64,000 nucleotides of DNA from an uncultured Oscillibacter sp. (GTDB taxonomy: Bacteria > Bacillota > Clostridia > Oscillospirales > Oscillospiraceae): NCBI GenBank assembly GCA_900544615.1, contig UQVS01000001.1, forward strand, positions 22,998-86,997, written 5' to 3'. Position 1 is the first letter of the stretch. Each line of letters opens with the position of its first letter. Below the pieces are notes generated by a model that did not search any database, had not been told where the DNA came from, and saw nothing but the letters and a program-made list of their open reading frames with translations. Shown piece by piece: positions 48,673 through 57,954 of this stretch. A program made the translations under genes and the position numbers.

Positions 48673-48828
48673 GGTCACTGTAGCACGGTTTTTTACCATT
48701 GTCAAGGAAAACCCCGCAAAAGAGCAGAAATTTGCATGGAACCGCAGAAAAAGGGCCGCGTTTTTCCACAATGTTGAAACAAATTGGGAAAACCGGAATC
48801 ATTTGTCTGAATGTCCTCTTTCCGAAAG

Positions 48829-48863
48829 AAAACCGCCCTGCCGAAACGACAGAGCGGTTTTTT
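48829..48863. terminator. bidirectional terminator downstream of jag
   Basis: AACCGC...GCGGTT stem followed by TTTTTT on the plus strand and T-rich on the minus strand. Confidence 0.6.
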
Positions 48864-48870
48864 ATGCAAT

Positions 48871-49710
48871 TTACTTGCTTTCCCGGTCAAAGGCCACAAT
48901 CACCCGGCGATTGGGGTCCACGCCGGTGGAATAGGTGGTGACGCCGGGAACATCCTGCAATGCCGTGTGGATCACATGGCGCTCATAGGCGTTCATCGGC
49001 TCCAGTGTGACGCTGCGGCGGTACTTGACCACCTTGGCCGCCACCTTGTTGGCCAGCCGTTCCAGACTCTGCTCCCGCTTGGCCCGGTAATTTTCCGCGT
49101 CCAGCTGGACACGGACCCGGCTGCCGGTGCGGTTGACAGAGTAGCTGGTGAGCTGCTGGATGGCGTCCAGCGTCTCGCCCCGGCGGCCGATGATGGCCCC
49201 AAGGCCCTGTCCTTCCAGAATGACCTTATAGCGGCCCCTTTCCGGGAGGTACACCTTCACCTCGGCGGTGACCTCCATCTGCTGAAGAAGGCCGGAGAGG
49301 AACTTTTTGATCTCCTGTGCGCGGTCGTCGTTGACTTCCTCGCCCAGATCCGCCGGTGCGGCAGGAGCTTCCGCCGTCTGGGGAACTTCCTTCTTCACCG
49401 GCGCTTCCCGGCGCTGAGGCTTTTCCACCGGTTTCTTTTCCGTCCGGGGCTTGTCCGCCTTCGGCCTTTCAGCCCTGGGCTTTTCCTCCCGGATCTTTTC
49501 CACAACCTTGGGCTGCTCCGGGGCGGGTTCATCATCTTCGCCGTAGCTGACGCGAACCTTGGCGGGACAGCTGCCCAGACCCAGGAAGCCGGCCTTGGCC
49601 CGCTCCAGAATCTCCACAGACACATCGTCCCGATCCAGCTTCAGCTGCTCCAGCGCGCGGCTGATGGCCTCGTCCTCGGTTTTGCCCGTTACATCGATAA
49701 ACTGTCTCAT
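48871..49710 (-). CDS. jag: RNA-binding protein KhpB/Jag (Jag_N, KH, R3H domains)
   Basis: MRQFIDVTGKTEDEAISRALEQL Jag_N domain, a K/E/P-rich linker and a C-terminal R3H. Conserved position next to yidC. Confidence 0.88.
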   Translation of the reverse strand: MRQFIDVTGKTEDEAISRALEQLKLDRDDVSVEILERAKAGFLGLGSCPAKVRVSYGEDDEPAPEQPKVVEKIREEKPRAERPKADKPRTEKKPVEKPQRREAPVKKEVPQTAEAPAAPADLGEEVNDDRAQEIKKFLSGLLQQMEVTAEVKVYLPERGRYKVILEGQGLGAIIGRRGETLDAIQQLTSYSVNRTGSRVRVQLDAENYRAKREQSLERLANKVAAKVVKYRRSVTLEPMNAYERHVIHTALQDVPGVTTYSTGVDPNRRVIVAFDRESK

Positions 49711-49719
49711 AACGGCTCC

Positions 49720-50877
49720 TTATTTCGTTTCGTCATAGCGGTCCGCCTTGTAGGACCGGCCGCGGGCATAGGGGCGGTCACCCACCCGTCCGGCCTCGGT
49801 GGTGCTGGTGGCAGCCTTGGCGGCCTTGGCGGCTTTGGCATCCTGTGCAGCCTGCTGCTTTTCCCGCAGGGTCTTTTTCTTCTGCTCTTCCTGCTTTTGC
49901 AGCTCCTGCTGACGGCGGCCTTCCTCCATGCGCTTCTGGCGTTCCGCCTGCCGCGCCTGGAAACGGGCCTCTTCCTCAGCTTCCATCTTGGCGTTGAGGG
50001 TCTTATTCAGAACAAGCTCCTGAATCAGAGAGAACACGCTCTGGGCGATCCAGTACACGCCCAATGCTGCGGGCATGATGAAAGCAATGTACACGCTCAT
50101 CAGAGGCATCATGTACATCATGGACTTCATGGAGGCGGCGCTGGCGTCAGCCTGCTGGGGCTGGGCGCTCATGGTGATCTTGCTGAGGATGAACTGGGAC
50201 AGGCCGGACAGAATGGGGATCAGGATCACGCCGATCACTGCCCATGTGAACGTAAAGTTCTTGATGAACTCCCAGGGCGTGGCCGTCAGGTCAAGACCAA
50301 GGAAGTTGTAGTTCACGTTGAACCAGCCGTCCGGCGTGGCAAGACCCATCTCCTGCACGGCCTTCACCAGATTGATCTGGCCGTAGGAGGCCAGCTGGGT
50401 GAAGCCGTTTTTCACGATGGCTTCGCCAGCCTTATCAAACTGGACAATGTTGGCCATGTTGACGCCGGCCTTGGTGGCAGTCTGGATCAGGGTCTCCACC
50501 GCAGATGCCGGCAGCATCATGAAATGGGTGATGGGCTGACGGATGATGGAGTACAGAGCAATGAGGATGGGGAAGGGGATCATTGTCCAGAGACAGCCGC
50601 TCATGGGATTGATCCCCTCTTCGGCGTAGAGCTTCTGCATCTCCTCATTCATTTTTACCTGGTTGTTGGCATAGCGCTTCTGGATATCCTTCATCTGCCC
50701 GCTGAGACGGTTCATCCGCAGCATGCTCTTCTTGGACTTCATCTGGAAGGGCAGCATGATGAGCTTGATCACCAGCGTAAACAGGATCAGGGCCACGCCG
50801 TAGGAACCCGTCAGGTTATAGAACAGACGGACCAGCCAGGCAAAGGGTACGCAAATGTAGTAGCCAATGGTGGACAT
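49720..50877 (-). CDS. yidC: membrane protein insertase YidC/Oxa1 family
   Basis: GVALILFTLVIKLIMLPF core with a conserved Lys/Arg in TM1 and a C-terminal basic tail. Confidence 0.92.
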   Translation of the reverse strand: MSTIGYYICVPFAWLVRLFYNLTGSYGVALILFTLVIKLIMLPFQMKSKKSMLRMNRLSGQMKDIQKRYANNQVKMNEEMQKLYAEEGINPMSGCLWTMIPFPILIALYSIIRQPITHFMMLPASAVETLIQTATKAGVNMANIVQFDKAGEAIVKNGFTQLASYGQINLVKAVQEMGLATPDGWFNVNYNFLGLDLTATPWEFIKNFTFTWAVIGVILIPILSGLSQFILSKITMSAQPQQADASAASMKSMMYMMPLMSVYIAFIMPAALGVYWIAQSVFSLIQELVLNKTLNAKMEAEEEARFQARQAERQKRMEEGRRQQELQKQEEQKKKTLREKQQAAQDAKAAKAAKAATSTTEAGRVGDRPYARGRSYKADRYDETK

Positions 50878-50906
50878 TCTTGTTTTTCCTCCGATATTCT
50901 TTTGAA

Positions 50907-51116
50907 TCAGGGAACAGGATCGTAACCGCCTTTGTGGAAGGGATTGCAGCGCAGAATACGGCGGAAAGCCAGCCAGCCGCCCTTCAGGGCGCCGTACTTT
51001 TCAATGGCCTCCAGCGCGTATTGGGAGCAGGTGGGGGTAAAACGGCAGCAGGGGGGACGGAAAGGGGAAATGGCAGCGCGGTAAAACCGCACCAGCGCCA
51101 GCAGGATCTGCTTCAT
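50907..51116 (-). CDS. yidD: membrane protein insertion efficiency factor YidD
   Basis: [42 protein letters not shown]. Start at the internal M (about 22 codons into the track ORF). Confidence 0.9.
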   Translation of the reverse strand: MKQILLALVRFYRAAISPFRPPCCRFTPTCSQYALEAIEKYGALKGGWLAFRRILRCNPFHKGGYDPVP

Positions 51117-51457
51117 TGCGCTTCCTCCAGCAGATCCAGCTTCCGGCAGAGCTTGAGAAACTGCTTCTGGATCTCCGGCCACGGGGCGTGGGCCGTTCGT
51201 ACCCGCGCCACCAGAATGATATCATAGCCCTGCTTCAATTCCGGCGTATGGAGACGGTAGACCTCTCGCAGACGGCGGCGGCAGCGGTTGCGTACCACAG
51301 CGTGGCCCAGCTTGGTGGAGGATACCAGCCCCAAACGGTTGTGTCCCAGACGGTTTTTCCGGCAGTACAGCACCATGGTAGGACAGACTGCCGACGCGCC
51401 TTTCTGATACAGCCGCCGGAATTCATAGTTTTCTTTCAGCGTCACCGCTGCTTTCAT
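51113..51457 (-). CDS. rnpA: ribonuclease P protein component RnpA
   Basis: [20 protein letters not shown]...[13 protein letters not shown] (RNR motif). It overlaps the yidD start by 4 nt. Confidence 0.9.
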   Translation of the reverse strand: MKAAVTLKENYEFRRLYQKGASAVCPTMVLYCRKNRLGHNRLGLVSSTKLGHAVVRNRCRRRLREVYRLHTPELKQGYDIILVARVRTAHAPWPEIQKQFLKLCRKLDLLEEAQ

Positions 51458-51602
51458 GGTCTTTTCCCTGTCCTTTCCGCCTGAAGCAACGTCCTGTCTG
51501 TTCCGTAAATTTTCCCGGATACAATTCCAGGGACGGAGGACGCTTGCTGTCCCACCGTCCCTAAAGGACATTGTTCAGGTGTCTCCCGCGCATGAACCCT
51601 TC

Positions 51603-51743
51603 TTAGTAGCTCAGGCGGGCACGGCCCTTGGCGCGGCGGCGAGCCAGGACCTTACGGCCGTTGGCGGTAGCCATTCTCTTGCGGAAGCCGTGGACCTTCT
51701 GGCCGTGGAGCTTCTTGGGCTGATAGGTACGTTTCGTTGCCAT
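51603..51743 (-). CDS. rpmH: 50S ribosomal protein L34
   Basis: [46 protein letters not shown]. Confidence 0.97.
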   Translation of the reverse strand: MATKRTYQPKKLHGQKVHGFRKRMATANGRKVLARRRAKGRARLSY

Positions 51744-51789
51744 GTTGAGACACCTCCTGTCAGATTTCCGTCCGCCTTGCGGCGGCATT

Positions 51790-52100
51790 TACTCGACACC
51801 GCTGCATAGCAGCGGAGCAGTAAGCATAGTATATGCGTATTTGCAACGCACCGATTAGTATACAGACTTTTTCAATTTCTGTCAAGAAAAAGTTGCCCTT
51901 TTTTCAGAAAATCTCATCATTTTCACCTTCTTCCTTCGGTTTTATACAGATATGGTATGTTTTCTGTGTAGGATTCCCATATTTTGTTACAGACATCTTC
52001 AAAAAATTGATCTTTATAATTAGAATAAGTGTTGCCTGCGGTCTGAATTTTTGGTATAATATATTGCACGATTTTGACCTTTAATCTACAAGAGAGGTGT
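51790..52100. other. AT-rich rpmH-dnaA intergenic region (origin-proximal) containing the dnaA promoter region
   Basis: GC drops strongly. Candidate TTGCCT-17-(TG)TATAAT at ~52032-52061. No canonical DnaA boxes were found here by eye. Confidence 0.5.
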
Positions 52101-52106
52101 TTCCAT

Positions 52107-53426
52107 TTGAATTCTGTCGCTGACGTATGGATCAACGTCCTTCAGCAGCTGAAGAAGGATCTCTCGGAAACCACCATCACCACATGGTTCGATGAACTAA
52201 CGGCGGTGGACATCCGGGACAATACCTTCTATCTATACTGCCCCAACGACTTCAAAAAACGATATATTGAATCCCTGTTCGTCAAAAACATCAAGGCCGT
52301 ACTTCTGGATGTGTTTTCCGTGGAGTTTGAGGTGAAGATCCTGGATGCGGACGAACTGGCTGAGTTCAACGGGAAGGTGGTCACCGCGCACATCAGCGAG
52401 CGGTTCACCTCCGCAGAGTTCACCTTCGATACCTTCGTGGTAGGCCCCAGCAACAAGCTGGCCTACGCCGCCTCCATGGCAGTGGCGGAGCATCCTGCCA
52501 AGAACTACAACCCCCTGCTGATCTACGGCGACTCCGGCTTGGGCAAGACGCACCTGCTGTACGCCATTGCCAACGTCATCCGGAAAAACGACCGCAACGC
52601 CAAGATCGTCTACATCAAGGGCGACGACTTCATCAACGAATTCATCGAGCTGATCCGGGCTGGCCGGGGCAGCGAATTCCGGGCCAAGTACCGGGAAGCC
52701 GACCTGCTGCTGGTGGACGACGTGCAGTTTGTGGCCGGCAAGGAGCAGGTGCAGAACGAGTTCTTCCATACTTTCAATAACCTGTACGAATCCGGCAAGC
52801 AGATCGTACTGACCTCGGATCGTCCGCCCTCTGAGATGACGCTGCTGGACGACCGTCTCCGCACCCGGTTCGAGTGGGGCCTGCTGGCAGACGTAACACC
52901 TCCTGATTTTGAGACCCGTCTGGCCATCGTAAAGAACAAGGCCGTGGCGCTGGGAATGGATCTGCCGGACAAGATCGCCAGCTACATTGCGGAAAACGTC
53001 ACCGCCAACGTCCGGCAGCTGGAAGGCACCGTCAACAAGATCCTTGCCTACAAGGATCTGTTGGGCAACGAGGCCGACGAGGCCACCGTTACCCGCGCCA
53101 TGCAGGATATTCTGAAAAAGAGCAACGAGTACATTCCCACCCCGGACAACATCCTCGATTACATCAGCAAATACTACGGGATTGAAAAAGAAATCATCTG
53201 CGGCCAGCAGCGGGTAAAGGACGCCGTGGCCGCCCGGCAGATCGCCATGTATCTGATCCGCAGCATGACCAATCTGCCGGTGGTGGAAATCGGCAAGGTA
53301 TTCGACAACCGGGATCACTCCACTGTACTCTATTCTCTGAAGCAGGTCGAAAAGCAGATGAAGAAGGATCCCTCTTTTGCCGAGACGGTGAAAGAGATCA
53401 AAACCAATATCAACAACCGGCATTAA
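52107..53426 (+). CDS. dnaA: chromosomal replication initiator DnaA
   Basis: AAA+ Walker A GDSGLGKTHLL, Walker B LLLVDDVQF and C-terminal HTH domain IV. Start placed at the in-frame TTG (RBS AGAGAGG 8 nt upstream), giving MNSVADVWINVLQQLKKDLS, which aligns with typical DnaA N-termini. Confidence 0.92.
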   Translation: MNSVADVWINVLQQLKKDLSETTITTWFDELTAVDIRDNTFYLYCPNDFKKRYIESLFVKNIKAVLLDVFSVEFEVKILDADELAEFNGKVVTAHISERFTSAEFTFDTFVVGPSNKLAYAASMAVAEHPAKNYNPLLIYGDSGLGKTHLLYAIANVIRKNDRNAKIVYIKGDDFINEFIELIRAGRGSEFRAKYREADLLLVDDVQFVAGKEQVQNEFFHTFNNLYESGKQIVLTSDRPPSEMTLLDDRLRTRFEWGLLADVTPPDFETRLAIVKNKAVALGMDLPDKIASYIAENVTANVRQLEGTVNKILAYKDLLGNEADEATVTRAMQDILKKSNEYIPTPDNILDYISKYYGIEKEIICGQQRVKDAVAARQIAMYLIRSMTNLPVVEIGKVFDNRDHSTVLYSLKQVEKQMKKDPSFAETVKEIKTNINNRH

Positions 53427-53459
53427 AGGGGTCTGCCTGCACCGTTTTTATACAATTCG

Positions 53460-53690
53460 TATACTTTCTTTTTCCACATTTTCCGTTTAAAAGGAAAACT
53501 GTTCCTGTGGAAAAAGAAGCCGGTGGAAAAACCATCCCTTTCTACCATTTTTTCTCCACAAGCTGCGTGGAAGCTTTTTTCCTTGCACTGTAAGGAATTT
53601 TTCGGCTTTTCCACATTTTTTTACACTACGAATACTTACTGCTAAAAACTTTTATGTTTCTTTTTTTAGAGAAAACAGAGAGCATCAGGA
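53460..53690. promoter_or_regulatory. oriC: cluster of >=5 DnaA-box-like TTTTCCACA repeats (both orientations) followed by an AT-rich unwinding element
   Basis: TTTTTCCACA at ~53470, TGTGGAAAAA at ~53506, GGTGGAAAAA at ~53522, TTTCTCCACA at ~53551, TTTTCCACA at ~53607, then GCTAAAAACTTTTATGTTTCTTTTTTTAGAGAAAAC. Confidence 0.75.
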
Positions 53691-53830
53691 AAAAGATACG
53701 GAATCTGGCAGAACCCTGTCTGCATGACGCCTGATTACGCGCTCCGGCCCCTCTAAATACACGGCAGCTGTTGAAAAATTTTCAACAGGCTGGCTAACCC
53801 TCCATATGAAATAGAAAGGAAGCGGCTCTT

Positions 53831-54946
53831 ATGATCAAATTTTCCTGTGAAAAGGTTTTTCTGCAAAACGCCATCGCTGTCACCAGCCGCGCCGTGGCTC
53901 AGAAAAGCTCCATTCCGGCTCTGGAGGGCCTGCTGCTCCATGCGGATCAGCAACTGACCATCTCCGGCTACAATATGCAGACCGGCATCCGCACCAACGT
54001 GTTTGCCAACGTGGTGGAGGGCGGCGACATTGTGTTGAACGCCCGCCTGTTTGGCGACATCATCCGCCGGATGCCCGACGACATGATCACCTTTACGGCA
54101 GACGAGAAGATGATGGTTCACGTCTCCTGCGGCGATGCGGACTTCGACATTCTGGGCCTGTCCGCCGCAGATTACCCGGATCTTCCTGAAGTGGAAGATG
54201 AGTATGCCGTTTCCATGCAGCAAAAGGTGCTGCGGAGCATGATTGAAGAGGTGGCATTTGCTGTCTCCACCAATGAGAGCCGCCCGGTCCACACCGGCGC
54301 CCTCTTTGAGATCGCCGATATGTGCCTGAACATGGTAGCGGTGGACGGGTTCCGTCTGGCATTCCGGCGGGAGAAGCTGGAAAAGCTGGAGGGCGGCGCG
54401 TTTTCCTTCGTCTGCCCCGGCTCCGCTCTCAACGAGGTCAAGAGCATCTGCGGCGACACGGAGGATCTGGTGACCATCACGCTGGGCAAGCGGCACATCC
54501 TCTTTGAGATCGGCGACACCCAGCTGATCTGCCGCCGTCTGGAAGGCGAATTCCTGGACTACAAGAACGCTATCCCCCGGAAGAATCCCATTCAGATCAC
54601 GGTGGAGACCAAGGCCCTGATCGAGAGCATTGACCGTGTGTCCGTGGTGATCTCCGACAAGCTGAAAAGCCCGGTGCGGTGCCTCTTTGACCATGATAAG
54701 GTGATGCTCTCCGCTAAAACCGGCAACGGCGAGGCCAAGGACGTGTGTCGTGTCATCGGCGACGGCAACAAGCTGGAGATCGGCTTCAACAACCGCTATC
54801 TCATGGAAGCCCTGCGGTATGCCCCGGCAGAAAAGGTGAAGATTGAGCTGAACACCGGCGTTTCCCCGGCCATCATCGTCCCCGTGGAGGGGGATGAGAA
54901 CTTCCTTTATATGGTGCTGCCGGTGCGGCTGAAAAGTGCGGAGTAA
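53831..54946 (+). CDS. dnaN: DNA polymerase III beta sliding clamp
   Basis: MIKFSCEKVFLQNAIAVTSRAVAQKSSIPALEGLLL and a three-domain clamp of 371 aa. Confidence 0.95.
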   Translation: MIKFSCEKVFLQNAIAVTSRAVAQKSSIPALEGLLLHADQQLTISGYNMQTGIRTNVFANVVEGGDIVLNARLFGDIIRRMPDDMITFTADEKMMVHVSCGDADFDILGLSAADYPDLPEVEDEYAVSMQQKVLRSMIEEVAFAVSTNESRPVHTGALFEIADMCLNMVAVDGFRLAFRREKLEKLEGGAFSFVCPGSALNEVKSICGDTEDLVTITLGKRHILFEIGDTQLICRRLEGEFLDYKNAIPRKNPIQITVETKALIESIDRVSVVISDKLKSPVRCLFDHDKVMLSAKTGNGEAKDVCRVIGDGNKLEIGFNNRYLMEALRYAPAEKVKIELNTGVSPAIIVPVEGDENFLYMVLPVRLKSAE

Positions 54947-54958
54947 GGAGATTCAGAA

Positions 54959-55153
54959 ATGAAAAGAATCATCTATTATGTATGGGCGATTCTTGTACTT
55001 TTTTCTGTTGCTCTTGGTATTGTTGGCTTGGTCATGCAAAAGAATTACAATCCGGCAGGCGATACCGTATCAATCATCTCTGATGTGATCTTTTATGCTG
55101 CAATTATTTGCTATATAGCATGGAAAATCATAGGAAAGAAGAAACCGTCATGA
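54959..55153 (+). CDS. low-GC 64-aa two-TM membrane protein inserted between dnaN and yaaA
   Basis: RBS AAGGAG 7 nt upstream. Its stop overlaps the yaaA ATG. GC content is in the mid-30s by eye. Confidence 0.55.
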   Translation: MKRIIYYVWAILVLFSVALGIVGLVMQKNYNPAGDTVSIISDVIFYAAIICYIAWKIIGKKKPS

Positions 55154-55365
55154 AAACAATGACCATTACAACGGAATACATCAAGCTTCAGGATCTTCTG
55201 AAGCTGGCCAACGCCGTGGAGACCGGCGGCGAAGCAAAGGAGTGCATCCAGAGCGGCGAGGTGCTGGTAAACGGCGAGGTCTGCACCATGCGGGGAAAGA
55301 AGATCCACCCCGGCGATACGGTGACCTTCCAAAATCAGGAATACGCGGCAGCTTATGCGGATTGA
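55150..55365 (+). CDS. yaaA: S4-domain RNA-binding protein YaaA (RlbA)
   Basis: A 71-aa S4-like sequence [55 protein letters not shown] in the conserved position between dnaN and recF. Confidence 0.8.
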   Translation: MKTMTITTEYIKLQDLLKLANAVETGGEAKECIQSGEVLVNGEVCTMRGKKIHPGDTVTFQNQEYAAAYAD

Positions 55366-56455
55366 CGCATTAAGTCTGGACTTCTTCCGCAATTACGTCC
55401 ATCTGGACGCCGCTTTTGATCCCAATATCAATGTAATCTATGGCGACAACGCCCAGGGAAAGACCAATCTGCTGGAAGCGGTGGCGTATCTTTCTGGCGT
55501 CAGCCACCGGGCAAGGTATGATAAGGAGCTGATCCAGTTCGGCGTAGACCACGCCTTTCTGAAAAGCAGTGTGTTTTCGCGGGAACGGACCTTTCTGCTG
55601 GAAGCGGAACTGCACAGGGGCGCCCGGCGGGTGCTGCGCTCCAACGGCGTGAAGCTGAAAAACAGCGGCGAACTCAGCGGTATTTTTCAAAGCGTGCTGT
55701 TCTGCCCGGAGGATCTGTACCTGATCCGGGAGGGGGCGGCGGCCCGGCGGGGCTTTCTGGACGACTGCATCTGCCAGCTGCGGCCCCGGTATGCGCTGGC
55801 GCTGGCGGAATACAGGCGGCTTCATGAGCATAAGACCCGCATCCTGCGGGACAGCGAAGAAAAACCCTCTCTGCTGGACACACTGGACGAATTTTCACTG
55901 GGCATGGCGAAGGCGGGAGCGCTGCTGATCCATTACCGCGCCCATTTCATCAAGCGGCTGTGTCAGGCGGCTCCTGCCATTCACGGAGATTTCTCCGGCG
56001 GCCGGGAGCAGCTGACGCTGAAATACGAAACCGTGTCTACGGTGACTGACCCGGAAGCGGGGCCGCAGGTGATTTTCCAGCAGCTTTTGCAGCATCAGGA
56101 GAGCCACCGGGCGGCGGAGATCGCCAGCCGGCAGTGTCTGTCCGGCCCTCACAAGGATGATTTGCTGGTGGAAATCGACGGACGGGCTGCCAAGAGCTTT
56201 GCATCTCAGGGGCAGACCCGGACTGCGGCGCTTTCCCTGAAGCTGGCGGCGCGGGAAATCTTTCAGCAGGATACCGGCGAGTACCCGGTATTGCTGCTGG
56301 ACGACGTGCTTTCCGAGCTGGACCCCCGGCGGCAGGAATTCGTGCTGAACCGCATTCGGGGCGGGCAGGTATTCATCACCTGCTGCGAGGATGACCGGCT
56401 GCCGCAGCTATTAGGCGGAAGAATTTTTCATATTAAGGATGGCACTGTTCGGTGA
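55355..56455 (+). CDS. recF: DNA replication/repair protein RecF
   Basis: Walker [14 protein letters not shown], an SMC-like signature and Walker B LLLLDD. Confidence 0.95.
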   Translation: MRIDALSLDFFRNYVHLDAAFDPNINVIYGDNAQGKTNLLEAVAYLSGVSHRARYDKELIQFGVDHAFLKSSVFSRERTFLLEAELHRGARRVLRSNGVKLKNSGELSGIFQSVLFCPEDLYLIREGAAARRGFLDDCICQLRPRYALALAEYRRLHEHKTRILRDSEEKPSLLDTLDEFSLGMAKAGALLIHYRAHFIKRLCQAAPAIHGDFSGGREQLTLKYETVSTVTDPEAGPQVIFQQLLQHQESHRAAEIASRQCLSGPHKDDLLVEIDGRAAKSFASQGQTRTAALSLKLAAREIFQQDTGEYPVLLLDDVLSELDPRRQEFVLNRIRGGQVFITCCEDDRLPQLLGGRIFHIKDGTVR

Positions 56456-56520
56456 TGAATACCGCGACGGAGCGCAGCGAACGGAGCAGCGCGTTTTCAA
56501 TCGCCGCGCCGTTACGCGGC

Positions 56521-56604
56521 GCATCACCTGCTGTGAGAATGATTGTCTGCCAGCAGATGCTGGGCGGGAAAATCTTCCATATCAGGAATGACGCTGTACA
56601 ATGA
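56521..56604 (+). repeat. frameshifted pseudo-copy (~75% identity) of the last ~27 codons of recF
   Basis: CACCTGCTGTGAGAATGA...GGGCGGGAAAATCTTCCATATCAGGAATGACGCTGTACAATGA aligns with recF 56371-56455 ([26 protein letters not shown] versus ITCCEND...IFHIRNDAVQ, with a 1-nt indel). Confidence 0.75.
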
Positions 56605-56621
56605 GAGATGAGGTGTGCTGC

Positions 56622-56777
56622 ATGAAAAAACAGATGAATGGAATTGCCCTCCTGCTGCTGGGAATTCTGTTTGCCATGGCAGGCGGACAGCTGGATCTGC
56701 TGGGACTGACGGGTGTTGGGCTTCTCATGGGAATCTTCGGCGCCGGGTTCGTTTACTGGAACAGCGGAGAGACCTGA
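56622..56777 (+). CDS. 51-aa two-TM small membrane protein (below the ORF-track length cutoff)
   Basis: ATG preceded by GAGG ~9 nt upstream. Sequence MKKQMNGIALLLLGILFAMAGGQLDLLGLTGVGLLMGIFGAGFVYWNSGET. Confidence 0.45.
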   Translation: MKKQMNGIALLLLGILFAMAGGQLDLLGLTGVGLLMGIFGAGFVYWNSGET

Positions 56778-56806
56778 AATAACAGAACTGGAAAGGAAGA
56801 ACTGCT

Positions 56807-57217
56807 ATGGAACCCATTCAATACCTCTGGAAAGATCGGAAACGCCATCTGGGGCTGCCTCTTTCCTTTACCCGGTACAGTCTCAGTGAGGATCGTCTGT
56901 TCTGCGAAAAAGGGTTTCTGAATCTGAAATGCGACGAGGTGCTGCTTTACCGCGTCCGGGATTTGCAGCTGAATCTGTCTCTTGGCCAGCGGATTCTCGG
57001 CGTGGGGACGATCTGCGTTATTTCTTCCGACCAGAGCATCCCCCATCTGGATCTGGTGAACGTGAAGCATCCGCGGGAGGTCAAGGAGCTGATCCATAAA
57101 AACGTGGAAGCGGCCAAGGACAAGCGGCGGATGCGTACCACGGAGATCATGGGCGGTCCGGGGGACGATGAAGTGACCCACGATTTTGACGACGAAACGG
57201 AGTGCGGCGGCCGTTAA
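56807..57217 (+). CDS. bacterial PH-domain (bPH_2/YdbT-like) protein
   Basis: RBS AAAGGAAG. Core pattern YSLSEDRLFCEKGFLNLKCDEVLLYRVRDLQL...LGVGTICVISSDQS. Confidence 0.6.
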   Translation: MEPIQYLWKDRKRHLGLPLSFTRYSLSEDRLFCEKGFLNLKCDEVLLYRVRDLQLNLSLGQRILGVGTICVISSDQSIPHLDLVNVKHPREVKELIHKNVEAAKDKRRMRTTEIMGGPGDDEVTHDFDDETECGGR

Positions 57218-57235
57218 ACGCCGCAGGAGGAAGCT

Positions 57236-57553
57236 ATGTTTCATGTTTTATTGGCACTGCCGGCCATTGCCGTATTCGGCACGGTGGCCGGAACGGTTCT
57301 GAGCGTTCTGAGCGGCCTGCTGGTGCTGGCATTTATCGCGGAGCTGCTGTTCGGCTTTGTGTTCCGCATGGCAAAATGGCTCCTGTGGCTGCCCTGCGTG
57401 CTGGGCATGGCCGTTCTGGGAATTCTGGGCGCCGGGCTGGGCGTGGTTCCCCTGACGCTGATGCTGGTGTTCGGCCTTGTTTACGGCGTGGTGCTGCTGG
57501 TGGGGAAGTGCGCGGTACATCTGCTGCGGTGGCTGTTTGGCCTGTTTTTCTGA
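57236..57553 (+). CDS. hypothetical 105-aa polytopic membrane protein
   Basis: RBS AGGAGGAAGCT. Three or four hydrophobic helices, G/L/V-rich. Confidence 0.5.
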   Translation: MFHVLLALPAIAVFGTVAGTVLSVLSGLLVLAFIAELLFGFVFRMAKWLLWLPCVLGMAVLGILGAGLGVVPLTLMLVFGLVYGVVLLVGKCAVHLLRWLFGLFF

Positions 57554-57559
57554 GGGCCT

Positions 57560-57826
57560 ATGTATTTGCATCTGGGACAGAACGAGATCGTGCCGGATCA
57601 TCGGATCATCGGCATTTTTGATCTGGATAAATGCAGCTATGAAAAGCGTACCCGCGAATATCTCGCCAACGCGGAACAGGAGGGCGTGGTGCTGGACGTG
57701 TCCGGCGACCTGCCCAAGTCCTTTGTGGTGTGCGACCATCCGTACCACCCGCAGATCGTGTATCTGAGCCAGCTGAACACCTCCACCCTGAAAAACCGGG
57801 CGGAGAGCGACAGACTGGTGCTGTAG
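57560..57826 (+). CDS. remB: DUF370/RemB-like (YaaB) extracellular-matrix regulatory protein
   Basis: MYLHLGQNEIVPDHRIIGIFDLD matches the YaaB/RemB N-terminal signature, in the conserved slot between recF and gyrB. Confidence 0.7.
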   Translation: MYLHLGQNEIVPDHRIIGIFDLDKCSYEKRTREYLANAEQEGVVLDVSGDLPKSFVVCDHPYHPQIVYLSQLNTSTLKNRAESDRLVL

Positions 57827-57954
57827 TGAAAATCAGGCAGGCTGAAGAGCCTGCTGACTGAAAAGCAAAAACTGGAAATGATCGGGGCAAGGAGAAACGG
57901 GCCGGAAGCGGTCCGGCTTGGTTCTTCCTGCCCAGAGACGAAAGGAGAACCTAC

